A stretch of 61,270 nt of DNA, filler included, from Dugesia japonica (GCA_001938525.1; 6 parts of 6 records of this genome joined end to end with filler, not necessarily neighbours in it), one strand, 5' to 3'. Positions 40,092 through 53,169 are shown, counted from the first letter of the whole stretch. Translations and numbers: made by a program. The notes: generated by a model not told the origin, from the letters alone.

Positions 40092-40451
40092 GTGCATGCA
40101 TCACTGAATCGAACTACAGCTCCAACCAAAAAGACGAGGGATGCCAGTGAGGACCAAGAAATGACTTGGGACCTATTTCGCCGCGCGAAACGTCGCTGGG
40201 AGGTGGAGATGGCCACCGCGAATAGTAAAGTTCTTCGGTAAAAGAAAAAATGTATCGCCTTTAAAAAGGAAGCCGAAGCCTCCCACATGCAAGAACGAGT
40301 ATGGAAAAAGCAAGTTGAGTCCTTTTCAGAAATTATCCGGCCCCACCATGACCGAGAGAATAAACTGGTTAGCGAAATCTTGCATCTCAAGAAGAAAATG
40401 CCTCTCGAACCTTTGATGATAGAGAAAAGTAACCAAAATACACGGCCATAG
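40092..40451 (+). pseudogene. orphan small gene 4 of array (~120 codons, one internal TAA; basic/helical)
   Basis: One frame from the acceptor TTTTACAG (40092) to TAG 40451, interrupted only by TAA 40239-40241; AATAAA at 40477. Confidence 0.5.
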
Positions 40452-40613
40452 TTATCTGTATTTATACGAATCCGTGAATAAACCTTTCTTCCTGTTATTA
40501 TGACTTCGTGTTCACTCGTCTATTACTTTTAAATTAAAATAAAATTGTTGTAGTCCAAGATTAGGACTAATATAGTTCATTGTTATTATATCTTTAATAT
40601 TTCACTCATTTTA

Positions 40614-41000
40614 GTGCCACATATTCAGTTTCCCCGTAGCCTAAGACGGTGTCACCGACTTATCCAGAAACTTCTGCTCGAGAGACATTTTAAGTGCCAA
40701 TCTGAGCGGGCTTTGCTCCATCATCTAACGCAACGTAATAAACTGATAAAGCGTTTGGACGCGATTGTAAAGAAACAAAATGACTTAGCTGAGGGCACAA
40801 AACAGCTCCTGCTGAACAAGGTTGAATTCTTGAAGCGCTACATTGCTGACCTGTCGCGCCAGCTAGGTAATGCTGCATACCTCAACTGGGATGATAATGA
40901 CGACTCAATATTGTTCAACTTAATACCAGAAGAGCCAACCCAGTGGTTAGACCCGGGTGCTCTAGATGGCATAAAATTTAGAAACAATATAATTTATTAG
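40614..41000 (+). CDS. orphan small gene 5 of array, 128 codons, probable coiled coil with acidic tail
   Basis: Intact GC-richer frame starting at the acceptor CATTTTAG (40614); Leu-periodic middle; AATAAA at 41030. Confidence 0.5.
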   Translation: MPHIQFPRSLRRCHRLIQKLLLERHFKCQSERALLHHLTQRNKLIKRLDAIVKKQNDLAEGTKQLLLNKVEFLKRYIADLSRQLGNAAYLNWDDNDDSILFNLIPEEPTQWLDPGALDGIKFRNNIIY

Positions 41001-41785
41001 TAAACTGGTGTTTTTTTTGGGTATTTTAAAATAAAAGGGAAATACTTGCGAACCCAAACCAAAGGTGTACGAATGTGAACCTCGCATGAAGTTGAAGGTC
41101 AACCGCTCTACACTGAATATCTGATCTTGGGACATTAGATTAAATTCTTGGAAGGGTCCCCTGAGGGCTGAATTTTCCCAGCCGCGCATTTTCTGTCACA
41201 AACTCAGGTGAAACCCCAACATTATTATTATTATTAATATTGCCCGAGACTTACTAATGTTAAAACTGCCCAGGAAAGATCGTTACAATACTTAAAATTT
41301 TTAGTTAATTTAAACAAGAAATCATAAAAATCAACTAATTTAAACAAAAGTAATTATTTTCACTACATGTTTAAACAAAAAATAATAAAATGCACGTTAT
41401 TTTAACAAANNNNNNNNNNNNNNNNNNNNNNNNNNNNNNNNNNNNNNNNNNNNTTAATTAATTAANNNNNNNNNNNNNNNNNNNNNNNNNNNNNNNNNNN
41501 NNNNNNNNNGAATGTAGAAGATGATTAATAAAATAAAAATGTACGAACAAAGTTTTAAAATTTATAGNNNNNNNNNNNNNNNNNNNNNNNNNNNNNNNNN
41601 NNNNNNNNNNNNNNNNNNNNNNNNNNNNNNNNNNNNNNNNNNNNNNNNNNNNNNNNNNNNNNNNNNNNNNNNNNNNNNNNNNNNNNNNNNNNNNNNNNNN
41701 NNNNNNNNNNNNNNNNNNNNNNNNNNNNNNNNNNNNNNNNNNNNNNNNNNNNNNNNNNNNNNNNNNNNNNNNNNNNNNNNNNNNN

Positions 41786-41851
<66 letters not shown>
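41786..41851. repeat. (TAA)n microsatellite
   Basis: Directly visible next to a gap. Confidence 0.97.
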
Positions 41852-41852
<1 letters not shown>

Positions 41853-42853
41853 TCAAAAACAGCTCCAGGAATAATATTTTAAAAGCACTTTTAGCGTACA
41901 ATTACAGAAACAAAAACAAAACATTTGTATTTACATCCTATTATATATTATATTAACATCCCATAAAACCTGTATAAAAACAATTATTTGATATTCTCTA
42001 AAACTCTATTAAACTTTTCTAATTAATTAAAGTGTAATTTATCAAAATCAAGTTGCTCCCTTTAGAAAAAAAATCAATTAGAGAAAGAAAACTAGAAAGT
42101 CTGAGAGAGCTAAAGAAAGCACTAGAAATATTGAAATAGTGAGAAGAAAAGAGAATGAAAAGAGTGAAAGAGAAATAGTTTCATAGAGAAAGAGGAAAAG
42201 AAAATATTTGAATTGTCAAAAAAGTCAATTCCTGACGAAGTTTTTACTTTAATGAAATCTCAAAAACGAGCAATGCTTACGTTCAACAATTATTCTCACA
42301 ATAATTGCAATTGTAAAACATATTTAAAATATTATTATCACATATTTGAAATTTTTGATTAGTTGAAATGGTTTGACAGAAAATCAATCATTTGTTCCTG
42401 CATTGTTTTGTGAATTTAAACTTGAATCTAATGTCACGGAAGCCATTCTAAATATTCGTTTTGCATTTGGAAAAGATTCAGTAAAGTAAAGAACTTCTCT
42501 TAATTGATTTCTTCCTCAGTAAGACTAGAGTTTTATAAAAATTATATTAATAATCTACAAAACTGTTGGGACAAAGTCATTCTATGTGATTGATTCCATT
42601 TAGATTAATAAATATATTTAGAATGAAAAATGTTGTTCCTTACTTTTCTTTTAAAACCTCTGCAAAAAAAATACAGAAATAACAAATATTAGTGGTATGA
42701 GTAATTTTGTCGAAGAATGTAAGTGGTAATTAATCAACATATTCATTAGAAGAATAAAATCAAGATACGAAATAATTTATCACATAGCTTTTAATAAAAA
42801 AAATTTTTTTCGTTTTATTATTTTTGTTGACATCTTTTCATATTTATCTTTAG

Positions 42854-45800
42854 AGTATGGTTGTGAATGGTTTCATAAATTCTAGCTTAGCTACTATTGA
42901 AAAAAGATTTAAATTATCAAGCTTGGAATCATCATTTATAGCTTCCTCGTACGACATCGGTTGTATAGCAGTGGTAATTCCGGTTTCATATTTTGGTAAC
43001 AGGCATCACAAGGTGAAATGGATTGGTTTTGGATCAGTTATCATGGGCCTTGGGAGTTTTATTATGGGTTGTCCTCATTTCATTGCTGGTACATATGAAT
43101 ATGGTGTTCATTTATCAGTAAGAAACGATTTACTAACATATACAAACTGCTAATTTGTTTTTTAAAAATCCATTCTGTAAAAGTTTATTATAATTACATT
43201 TTCATAAAAATCAAAATTTCCTTTAAAGAATCGGTTTTATNNNNNNATAAAATTGGTTTATTTTATTAATTATTTAATTATCAATTAAATTCTAAATTAA
43301 AAGTTAAAAGCGTAAATCCAAACAAAATTTTTATTATATTTTCAATTCCTCTACTACAGATTGCAATTATGACGATATTCATTGTTATAAAAATTAAATA
43401 TTAAGCCTTGATAGTATTGATTGAAATAAAATTTAATTTATATATCAATAACGAAATTTATCGTAATAATGACGGAATAGATCGAAAACATGTATTTTAA
43501 ACAAGGTGATATTAAACGTTTTGTTTTGATTCACGCTTTTAACTTGTAATTTAAAATTAATTAAATGTTTGAAATAAACAAATAATTGCCGTAAAGTTAA
43601 TGAAAATTATAAACATTATCAACTACATTTTATAAATAATACTTTATAAATAAAACATAAGAGAATATTATATCACAGAGGTTTCCAAACTTGTTTAGTA
43701 TGTGATACTCTTTATCAAAGTTTTTCCAAGACGCACCAAATCAAATTTTTAATTTATAGGTTAATTAAAATTTACCCAGTTATTTATGTTTATGGTTTGA
43801 TAACACAATAAAGTACGTTAACTTATAATATTTTTCCATCTTTTTCCTATCTATCTATTCATCTATTTATCTATCTATATAGCTAAATATTGATGTCCAT
43901 CTTTCAACAATTTTATGTTAAAATTATTGAGCTATAAGAAAAGTGATTGCTTTTTATTTTATATAAAATAATATCGGTATAAAATATATTTATGTAATCA
44001 AAACGCCAACACCATAGATAGCATTTGGCAGATTAAAAGTGATTAAATTTTCTATTTCTTCCAGCAGAACTAAATACGGTGTTTATTGAAGAATAATTGG
44101 CATATTTTAAACTTTTCGTTTTCAATCAATTCAGATTTATGCTGAATAAAGAGAATCAGATTGTATTGGCTTTTTTAAATACTTCAACCTAAAAAATGCA
44201 TTATATTCCTGTCCCGTAATTTGGTTTGATGAAAAATATCTGAACTAACCTTTCGATGAAAATCTACGCCAATCGACTAGATAGTTAGCCGAATAATGAA
44301 AGTCTTTATTTCATAGGAAATTTTCAAACATTCGAAGCATTGATTTCCTGTCGATTGAGTGATAACAACCGCAACAATAATGCCGTGAAGTATTTGAATC
44401 AAGGCCGGTAGATTTGATCGCTGATGCATTGCAAAACCTGTTGAACATTAGAAAACAGTTGTAAATAACAACAGAAAAAACCGTATTGATAATTAAATTG
44501 ATTACTTGATATTTTTTGCAATAATTTTCTAAGTCTTATTATCAATTTCATCCTAGGATGAAATACCACTATGTAGAACTGAGCCTGTGGTTGAAAACTG
44601 TACTAGTTCAACTGAACTCAATTCATTGAGGAATTATAAGTACATTTTTTATCTTGGACATTTTGTAATTGGAATCGGATCAGCACCATTATTTACTTTG
44701 GGCATTGCTTATATTGAACAAATTGTTGATGTGGCAACATCAGCATTATATATCGGAATATCTACAGCTATTACAGCTATTGGACCGGCAGTTGGCTATG
44801 TGGTATTCGGTGTTTTCCTAAAGATTTATGTTGATATTGTGATTCCAACTAACGAAATGACTCCAGAAAACACAGATATTTGGATAGGTGCATGGTGGCT
44901 GGGGTTTATAATTTCTGGGGTAGCATTTATCGTGTTTGCTTTACCTCTCATATTTTTTCCAAAGTCCGATTTTCTTTATACGAGACCAAAATCTTCATTT
45001 CATAAAAGGCTTATATTTAACGATTTCAAAGAGATTTATCAAATGATGAAAACGATTCTGAAAAATTTACCATACAATTGTTTGAATATTGCGACGGCTT
45101 TAACATGTTAGTTTAATTTGTTTTACTAGATTCAACTCCAATAACATTTTTTTATTTAATAAAATTTAAAAAAAATAATTTTGAAAATTAATTAAATTTA
45201 TTAATTAATGAACTTGTTAATTCTACACTTTAATTGGAATGATTGTGATATATGAGAATAAATATTTGCTACGAAGAATATTAATTATGTTTTTAATGTT
45301 TTTGTTTCAATATTATATTTTAAAAAATTAATTAGTTTTTGAATTTTTTATTGTGAGTATTAGAATCGTATTGATCATTAGAATAATTCAAAAAATCATT
45401 AGAAGGATAATTCATGTTTTCGGAAATTTATTCGCAATATTTAATAATCAATTCTAATAAACTCTGTATAAATATGTAGAATTATACAAAGTTAAAGATT
45501 CGAGGATTTCGTCTATTACCGAACTTTTACAGATTAAGCAAAATGACCTCTCTTTAAGAGAATTTATTACAAAAAATTGAGAGGTTATTTATTTAAAAGT
45601 CAACCAGAATTGAACAGCGAGAACAGAAAAAAGACTTTAATATTCGCTTTTTTATTTGGATTGAACGTTAAAAAAGTGGCAGTAGCAGTTCAATTTCTTA
45701 AGCCAGAATCATTATACGAAGTTTATAACTTTGTAAAAAAACGAAATTAAAAACGAAAGCAAGGAAAATCTGAGACAAATTAAAACACAACATGACTGAT

Positions 45801-48800
45801 CAGACGAAATTCGTTCACTAAAACAGAAGGTGAGAGAATTGGAACAAATGATAGTAAAGTAAATCTAGAGATATAAAGAACGGAAANNATAGATTTGAAT
45901 TGAATAACACAAGGACTAATAATGAAAGTCGGGATTGAAATATCCAAATTAAAGATATTAAATGCTTTAACTGACCATTTTGTGAGAAATTGTTAAAAAC
46001 CAACTGTGTGTAAAAATGCAAAGAGGTTGGCCATTTAGATAGATTTTGCAGAATTAGAAAAATGAAAAAGGTCAGATATATTAATGAAAATGATAGTAAA
46101 AATATGGAATTCGACGAAATCAGATCGACTTCAACGAGATCAGAAATGTCCAGCATGGAGACCAATCATGCATTGAACGAAATAATTAAGATAAAAGGTA
46201 ATAAAAATTAATTGTTATACTAAAAAAATTATGAATTCAGCTCAATACATCAACAGTCATGGAGCCATATCAAAGTTTAAAAATAAAGCAAAAATACTGA
46301 TTTCAGAGAATCACTCAGAATTCGCTCAAAATAAGCCATTAGTCCAAGCGAGAATAAAGCAAAAATGGGTAGCGAAACTAATAGATAGTGGAGCAGAATC
46401 AAATGTAATGGATTATAATTTATTATGTGAATTGAGAAAAAGTAACAAACGGACAAAAAAAACAAAAAGAATGTACTGTGCAAATGAATCGCCAATTAAA
46501 GTTGTTGGGGGTTGCGAACTAGTAATTAGAGAAAAAGAATTGACACTANNNNNNNNNNNNNNNNNNNNNNNNNNNNNNNNNNNNNNNNNNNNNNNNNNNN
46601 NNNNNNNNNNNNNNNNNNNNNNNNTTGTGCCACAGGATGACTGATTATATATATCAAGAATCAAGCTATACCATTTGTATCAAAGGTTTGTGATGAAGGA
46701 GCGGAAAACTAACAAGCACCAATCTTAGGAGTCACGATTCAGGTGCTTTAAAAAATGAGACTCAATATTGCTCTTCAGGCATCATTTTGGACGAAACTGT
46801 AGTTTTCGAAAAGCATAAAGGATATTTTGTACGTGGATTAGTTGACTGTGATGAATTCAAAATTAAAAAAGAAATCTTCGTAGGTTATAAAGATAAACTA
46901 TCAAATTTAGAATTGCAAAAGATAGAATTTATGCAACCAGCTTGAAAATTCTCAAAAATTGGATAGATGTCATTCCATTCGTTGGAATGGGTATGAGAAT
47001 AACAAAAAACGAAACAACTAATTATTCTCCCTTTGAAATAGGTTTTGACAAACCATATCAAGCTTATTTAAATAACGAACAAGTTAACTCGAAAAACAGC
47101 ATCAATATTTAGAGTAAATTTAGAAAGAATAAATCAAAATTTAAAAACAAAAGAGAATGTAATTATTAATAATAACCTTCAAATAAAAATTTGCGATATG
47201 GTAATGTTCAAATTAGAAAAGAAATAAATGCTAAAAAAAACGATACAAAAGACCATCTCAAGTTACGGAAATAATACCATACGATAATATAAGAATGAGT
47301 TACAAAGGGAAATTTCTAATTCGTAATGTTAATCAAATGAAAAGATTCATAATAGAATACCCAGAGGAGAAAGGAGAAAAGAGTCTTAAGAACACAACAA
47401 TAATACGCCAATCAAAAAGAAGTTCAATAATCAAACCACAAGAATTAACAGCTGAGGAAGACGAAATCATANNNGAGAAAGACGTAAACCAACAAGATTC
47501 CGGGAATTCGAATAATAAAAAGAGGGATGTGATATGATATAAAAATGAAGTGTTTAAATATTCATATTTTGGAAGAAGATAATTTGAACCTGTTTGATTT
47601 GAATGAATATTAATTAGTAATTTATCATTAACACGTATATGAATAATTCCATAAATTGATTTGAAATAAAAATCAGAAAATCTAGAATTTTATTAACTGT
47701 TTAAATTAAATCTTGTATTTTAAGTGATGAAAGGATAAAGTAACATATTTTGGCAAATAATAAATAGAGATCTGATGAAATTCTATACTAATTATTTTTA
47801 ATTATAAAAAAAATAGTTTTGACTAATAAGATTAAATTTTTTGTGGGAATACAAACAAAACATGAATTCAAATTCGTCATTACAACTGTTAACTAAATAA
47901 AATTATATTACCGTTATTTCATGCGTATAAATCGCTCCTTGTATTCTATCTAAAGACAAGTCCGGCTACTACTAAGTAGCGACTTATATGATAGTTTGTT
48001 TTCATCTATGTCATTATTAATTTTTATACGTAATGGAAAATTCAGTTTTCTATTTACCATATGCTTATATTTCTGCATAATTTACGCAGGTGCGACTTAT
48101 AGCCTGACAAATACTGTATATATAATATAATATTAACAATTTGAATGAGTTGTTTGTTTTTCTGTTTTGTTTGTTTACGAACAACTCAATAATCCAATAC
48201 TTCTGGAAACAGAATCTAACTGTGTGTTTATCAATGTTCGGCCATAATAAAAACTTCACTCACAAAACTGACGTAAAATGATATATTTTTAAGAAATTTA
48301 ATCTGACTTTATGTTTATAATCAAATCAACTAATATGCTTTAACTATTTTAGATGGGTGCTTCGCAACTTTCTATTTAAACAAACATTTATTTAGAACCT
48401 CCTTACTAAATTCCACTCTCATTTTTTAGCAATTAATAGTTAATAGCAATTTATAGTAGTGTTTTAATTTATATATTACTAGCCATACCAGATCACGAAT
48501 TGCTGTCGCTCAGTTTGATTGAATGAATAAAAGAGAATGAATTTTACACTGCTTATGGATATATAATACTTTTTGTTATTCCATTGTTTGTGTAAATATA
48601 AAGATGGTTTGGTTTGCAGACTCTAGAATATGTAACAAAAAATTATCCATTTGAGAAACAATTCATCAAAATTTCTAGGCTATTAGTGAAATATTTTCGG
48701 ATTTTCTTGACATTTTTATTTATAAAGATATCAATATTAGACTAATTATTACTAGATTAACCCTGTAGAATTCAGTAGTTCCACATTGCGAATTATATAA

Positions 48801-49713
48801 ATTTAAATTCTTAGCAATGAATTAGGCGCATGCCTGAATCATAACCTGCAATCAGTTATACCACATGCAAGTTTTAATTGATTATTTAAAATTTAAATAA
48901 ATAAAAATTTTTCTTTGATTAAGTTAATAAGAAAAAATCATCGATGTCTTCAAAGGATTAAATATTAGAAAAATTCATGATAAGATAGCTAATACTAGAC
49001 TCGTTTATAATTTATTCATGTTTAGATTATAATTTTATTATTAATTCATAATAATTAATTTTCATTATTAAAATAATTTCAAGAGGAAGCACAATATTGT
49101 GTTTTAAAAACATTTCAACATTAATTGTTTTTTATATATCTTTACATAATTAGTGTTTCCTTTTTCAGTGTTATCATTAAGCGGTTTGTCAACGTATGGT
49201 CCGAAATATTTGGAAAACACGTTTGGTTTAACAGCCAGTATTTCCACAATAACTACTGGTTAACAAATTGTATACTTAGCATATTCGTTTATATTTAATC
49301 TAGGAATTGTAACTGTTCCTACTTTGGCCACTGGAGCATTAATTGGAGGAATTATACTGAGTTATTTTGACTGGAGACTTGATGGAACTATGGTATTCAT
49401 GTCTGCTACTACACTTATTAGTATTCCAATGCTTTTTACATTTTCATTTGAATGTGAAGTAGCAAAGATGGCTGGAATTGATGTTCCATATGATAATTCC
49501 CCGTATAAACTATGAATATTAATTAATTATTACATAACATTTTACATTTTATTAAGTCTTAATACCATAAATTTAACTCAAATGTGTAATAAAGATTGTT
49601 TCTGCAGTTTATCTTACAAATATTTCCGACCAACATGTGGAGAAGATGGCAAAATTTATTACTCTCCATGCATTGCAGGATGTAACGAAAGAGTGACATT
49701 AAACGACAAAAAT
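42854..49713 (+). CDS. SLCO: organic anion transporting polypeptide (OATP/SLCO family, SLCO4-like), multi-exon, partial
   Basis: Phase-compatible GT-AG exons 42854-43117, 44557-45106, 49169-49258, 49304-49502 and 49557-49713. Motifs TIEKRFKLSS, SSYDIG, VSYFG, OATP signature WIGAWWLGF, PKYLE, and Kazal-like CNKDCFC..PTCGEDGKIYYSPCIAGC. First exon(s) uncertain; last TM segments missing at the scaffold end. Confidence 0.95.
43676..44460. mobile_element. hAT-derived fragment in OATP intron
   Basis: Begins with a hAT-type TIR CAGAGGTTTCCAAACT; right boundary uncertain. Confidence 0.45.
45244..47640 (+). mobile_element. deleted Gypsy element in OATP intron
   Basis: TGTGATAT LTR-like starts at 45244 and 47528, the latter after PPT AAAAGAGGGA; knuckle remnant CKEVGHLDRFC; protease KLIDSGAESNVM..CANESPIKVVG (ORF 46231-46644). 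Confidence 0.75.
47911..48116. mobile_element. pogo-type MITE
   Basis: TA|CCGTTATTT..TATAAATCGCTCC at left and GGTGCGACTTATAGCCTGACAAATACTG|TA at right; internal GCGACTTATA repeat. Confidence 0.7.
48478..48730 (+). mobile_element. possible non-autonomous Helitron/Helentron-associated element
   Basis: Start ACTAG..CACGAATTGCTGTCGC and end TTTTATTTATAAAGAT resemble HINE/DINE-type elements; recognised from memory only. Confidence 0.35.
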
Positions 49714-49889
49714 GTATGATATGATTTAGTTTAAAACAATTTCTTTCAAATAATTGATNNNNNNNNNNNNNNNNNNNNNNNNNNNNNNNNNNNNNNNNNN
49801 NNTTAATTAATTAANNNNNNNNNNNNNNNNNNNNNNNNNNNNNNNNNNNNNNNNNNNNTGGATCAGAAGAAGATAGAAAAAGTCTATTA

Positions 49890-50600
49890 AAACACCAAAA
49901 CAATTATCTCTATGTGGTTTATTACAACGCGATTTCATGGATCAACCAAGATACCTTATTCTAGGTGTCAATGTTCATATTCAATAGAAACGAGCATCTT
50001 CTAAAATTTGATTGGAATCTGCAGCTAATGAACTAAATATGTTTTATTAAATCCAAAATTAATAGTTAGACGTGTACGTGTTGAACCCGCAGTACTAGCT
50101 GCTCATCAACTGTGACTAAAAAAAGCAAAATGCTATTTATTTAATAAGAACCAAGGAAATCGTTGCATTTGCAATTAGTAGAGATAGTTCATCGTTTTAT
50201 GAGGTACAAATCTTTGGCGATTATCGATAACTCAGCTTTATGCTAGTTACATTTCAAAGTGGTGAACAATTAAATGGTAGTTATAAAAGCTCTTGTTCAA
50301 CATTTCAAAATCTAGATGATGTTTCTGTTTCCTTGACGAAAAGCACTGATTATTAAGAAATATACACTCAACATTTTACAAACGATAATTATACCACAAC
50401 ATATATACAATCTATAGTAAGAAAAATGTGATATTTGGATAAGAATATGAATTGTAGAATAACCCTTATTCATTTAAATGACAATTATTCTTTCTTTACA
50501 TTTGATCTTGCTCCAGATTTTGATTTAAATCGGAGTCAATTACCTCAACAAGCAAATTTGAGATTGTATTAGTGTAAACAATGATATGTATTCTTGAAAC
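49890..50600 (+). mobile_element. Polinton/adintovirus major capsid protein pseudogene (internally deleted)
   Basis: GLLQRDFMDQPRYLILGVNVHI, KLIVRRVRVEPAVLAAH..NAIY and FTFDLAPD..QQANLRL match recalled Polinton double-jelly-roll MCP blocks. Confidence 0.7.
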
Positions 50601-50699
50601 AATTGCTATAAAGTAAGAGTTACTGTTTAATTTATAGTTTAATTTATAAGTTCTATTCAGATTGAACGGAGTGCATCAAAGTTACTTGGATAAGCATAT

Positions 50700-53163
50700 T
50701 TCAGTAAACAATGCCTTAATGCAGATAATGCACTAATAAACCATATATTACACGGTTGCTTTGTTAATAATAAAGGTTACAATGCAAATAATACTATAAA
50801 CACTATACACTCATAAATCCTATATACTCATAAACTCTATACATTTATAAATCCTATAATTCACGGTTAGTATGTTAATGCTACACTGTTATTATGTAAA
50901 TAATACACTCATAAACCCAATACATCAGGGGTGGGCAAACTTCTGCGCGCCAAAGCTTTTTATGCGGCCCGTTATGACTTTCATATTTTAAAATAAGATA
51001 TTATTATTTTTTATTTAATAGCTTTTTTTACAATTGATTACCTCATGTAACACTTTCATCACATATCAATACAAATTTCTCATGAAAATTTCTTTTTTAT
51101 TTTAAATAACACACTTATTTTTCCAATTTCAAATCAAATAAAAAAGAATATATTTTTAAAGTCTCAATCATCAAAGTATATTAAATCAATCTTTCTAATA
51201 CCGCTTGTTTTAATAATAATTTTTTATTTTAAAAAAAGAAAAATCAAAAATGAATGTCGTAGTTTTAATTTCGAATGGACTAACAAGTATTTTGTTCCCT
51301 CAAGTAAAAATAAAGCTGTTTGTTTAATATGCCGTGAGACAGTGGCAGTTTTTAAAGAATATAATATAAAAATGCATTTTCAAACAAAACATTCGGAAAA
51401 GTATTCCAATATAAAATAAAAAGATGCAAAAAAAGTCTAAGAGACACATTAAAAATTTTCAACAACAAAATACATTTAATGGTTTGATGTCTATTCAAAA
51501 TTTAGAAACTAAGGCTAGTTTTTTAATTTCACATAAAATTGCAAAACATAAAAAGGGATTTTCTGACGATGAATTTATAAAAGAATGTATGATTGAGGAT
51601 GTTGATATAATTTGTCCAGATATAAAAAATAAATTTTAAAATATTTCATTATCGAGAAGAACTGTAGTTCGCCGAGTTGAAGTTATGGCTGAATACCTAT
51701 TGAAACAAATCTAATTAATTTTTTGAGATAATCGTCAATTTTGCTCATTTCTCGAAAATATTAAATCTGAAAACAACGATGTATTTTATCTTAATATAGT
51801 ATGCATTCATAAAAATATTTACTTATAAGTTTTTTATATAGACATAATAGGTATTTATACAGCAATTTTAAGTTATCTATATATGTAAATGTTACACACT
51901 CATAAACCTTATACACTCATAAACTTTATAAATTTATAAAAAATATTTACTTAAAAGTTTTTTATATAGTCTTATGAATTAATTTTAAAAGAAGTTCAAC
52001 ACTTAAGAATAATTTTTAATAAGGTCTCATACTTATGATTTCTTATAGAAAAGTTAAATGCTTTTTAATTAATTAATTTTAATAAATTAATTTTAATTAA
52101 CTTATTTAATTTTTAGACTGCCTGGGGCATATCCAAAGATATTAAAACTGCCTAATTTCTTGCTTAATTTCTAGACTGCTTAATCTCAAAAATATTAAGA
52201 CTGTCAAATGTTTTGCAATAATAACAAGACTGCCCAATATCAAAAATATCAAGACTACTCAATCTCATATATAAATATCCAGACTGTTCAAGTAAAATCA
52301 ATACTGCCCAATCTCTTGCAAAAATGGAAAATCAATAATATCCTAATCTCATACATAAATATCAAGTCTGCTTAAAAATACATTTATTTTTCAAAAAACA
52401 TAATTTTCAATAAATTCAACATTATATTTAAAAATCAACATTTTTCAAAAAGTTATTACGTCACCCACAACAACAGAAAAATTTCATTTAAATTTTATAA
52501 TCACTGATAATAATTACCTTTACACCCATACCCATTTTTACCGAAGGAAAAAATTATTTAACCTCATTATACTACTTACAAAATTTAACCAATCAAATTA
52601 TCGATTAAAAATTCCTCAATTCACCACCACCCATACACCATCATACTCCCCATCACATCACCTTTTCAACAAGCCATCACTCGCAAATATTCATTAACTA
52701 TCCACAATCCTATAACACTTCAAAAAATCAACGCGTGAGAACTCATACGCTGTGTCAGTGCGCCACTACTCCTTGTAGACCAAACAATCCACCAAAACCC
52801 ATAAGTCCTTTATACAATTTATAGACAATATTTTGATTCCAACATGCCCATAACATAAAACCCAGAAAAAAATTAAACCCAAGATCTCCGCACCTCCCTC
52901 GATTTCACTTTTACTCTTACGCACACACTCCATCCACCTAACCCACTTCAATTTAACTATCTCTTCTTTTCAAACTCACAAATTTTAAAAATCAATTTTC
53001 CTCCACCCCTTTACTCAGGATTAAAATTCCATGATTTGATCAAAAGTTTTATGATCTTGAATATCTTTTTTAAAAAAAACCTCAACATCACATACCAAAA
53101 TACTGGCATAATTATATGAGGGGCGGGGTGATAAAATAAAATTGTAGCAGTGCGTCACTATCT
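50700..53163 (+). repeat. second copy of the repeat-rich putative Polinton terminal block (homologous to 21570-24550)
   Basis: Same order of 42-bp repeats, AAAATATTTACTTATAAG, AAGACTGCCCA repeats, TACTACTTACAAAA..ACCAATCAAA and GCCACTAC..CCTTGTAG..CATAAGTCCTTTA. Confidence 0.75.
50926..51800 (+). mobile_element. hAT transposon (SPIN/GTF2IRD2-like), 5' end and deleted transposase
   Basis: TIR CAGGGGTGGGCAAAC..TGCGGCCCG; KKRKIKNECRSFNFEWTNKYF..CLICRETVAVFKEYN..TKH; FSDDEFIKECM; SLSRRTVVRRV. Confidence 0.88.
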
Positions 53164-53169
53164 GCAAAG

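Noticed and set aside
39626-40241. Alternative genetic code or stop readthrough in the orphan array
   Set aside because: Host exons have no internal TAA/TAG and one ends in TAA; single nonsense mutations are the simpler explanation.
42623-42853. First exons of the OATP gene
   Set aside because: Candidate ATGs and a donor (42719) exist, but I could not build a stop-free, phase-consistent model.
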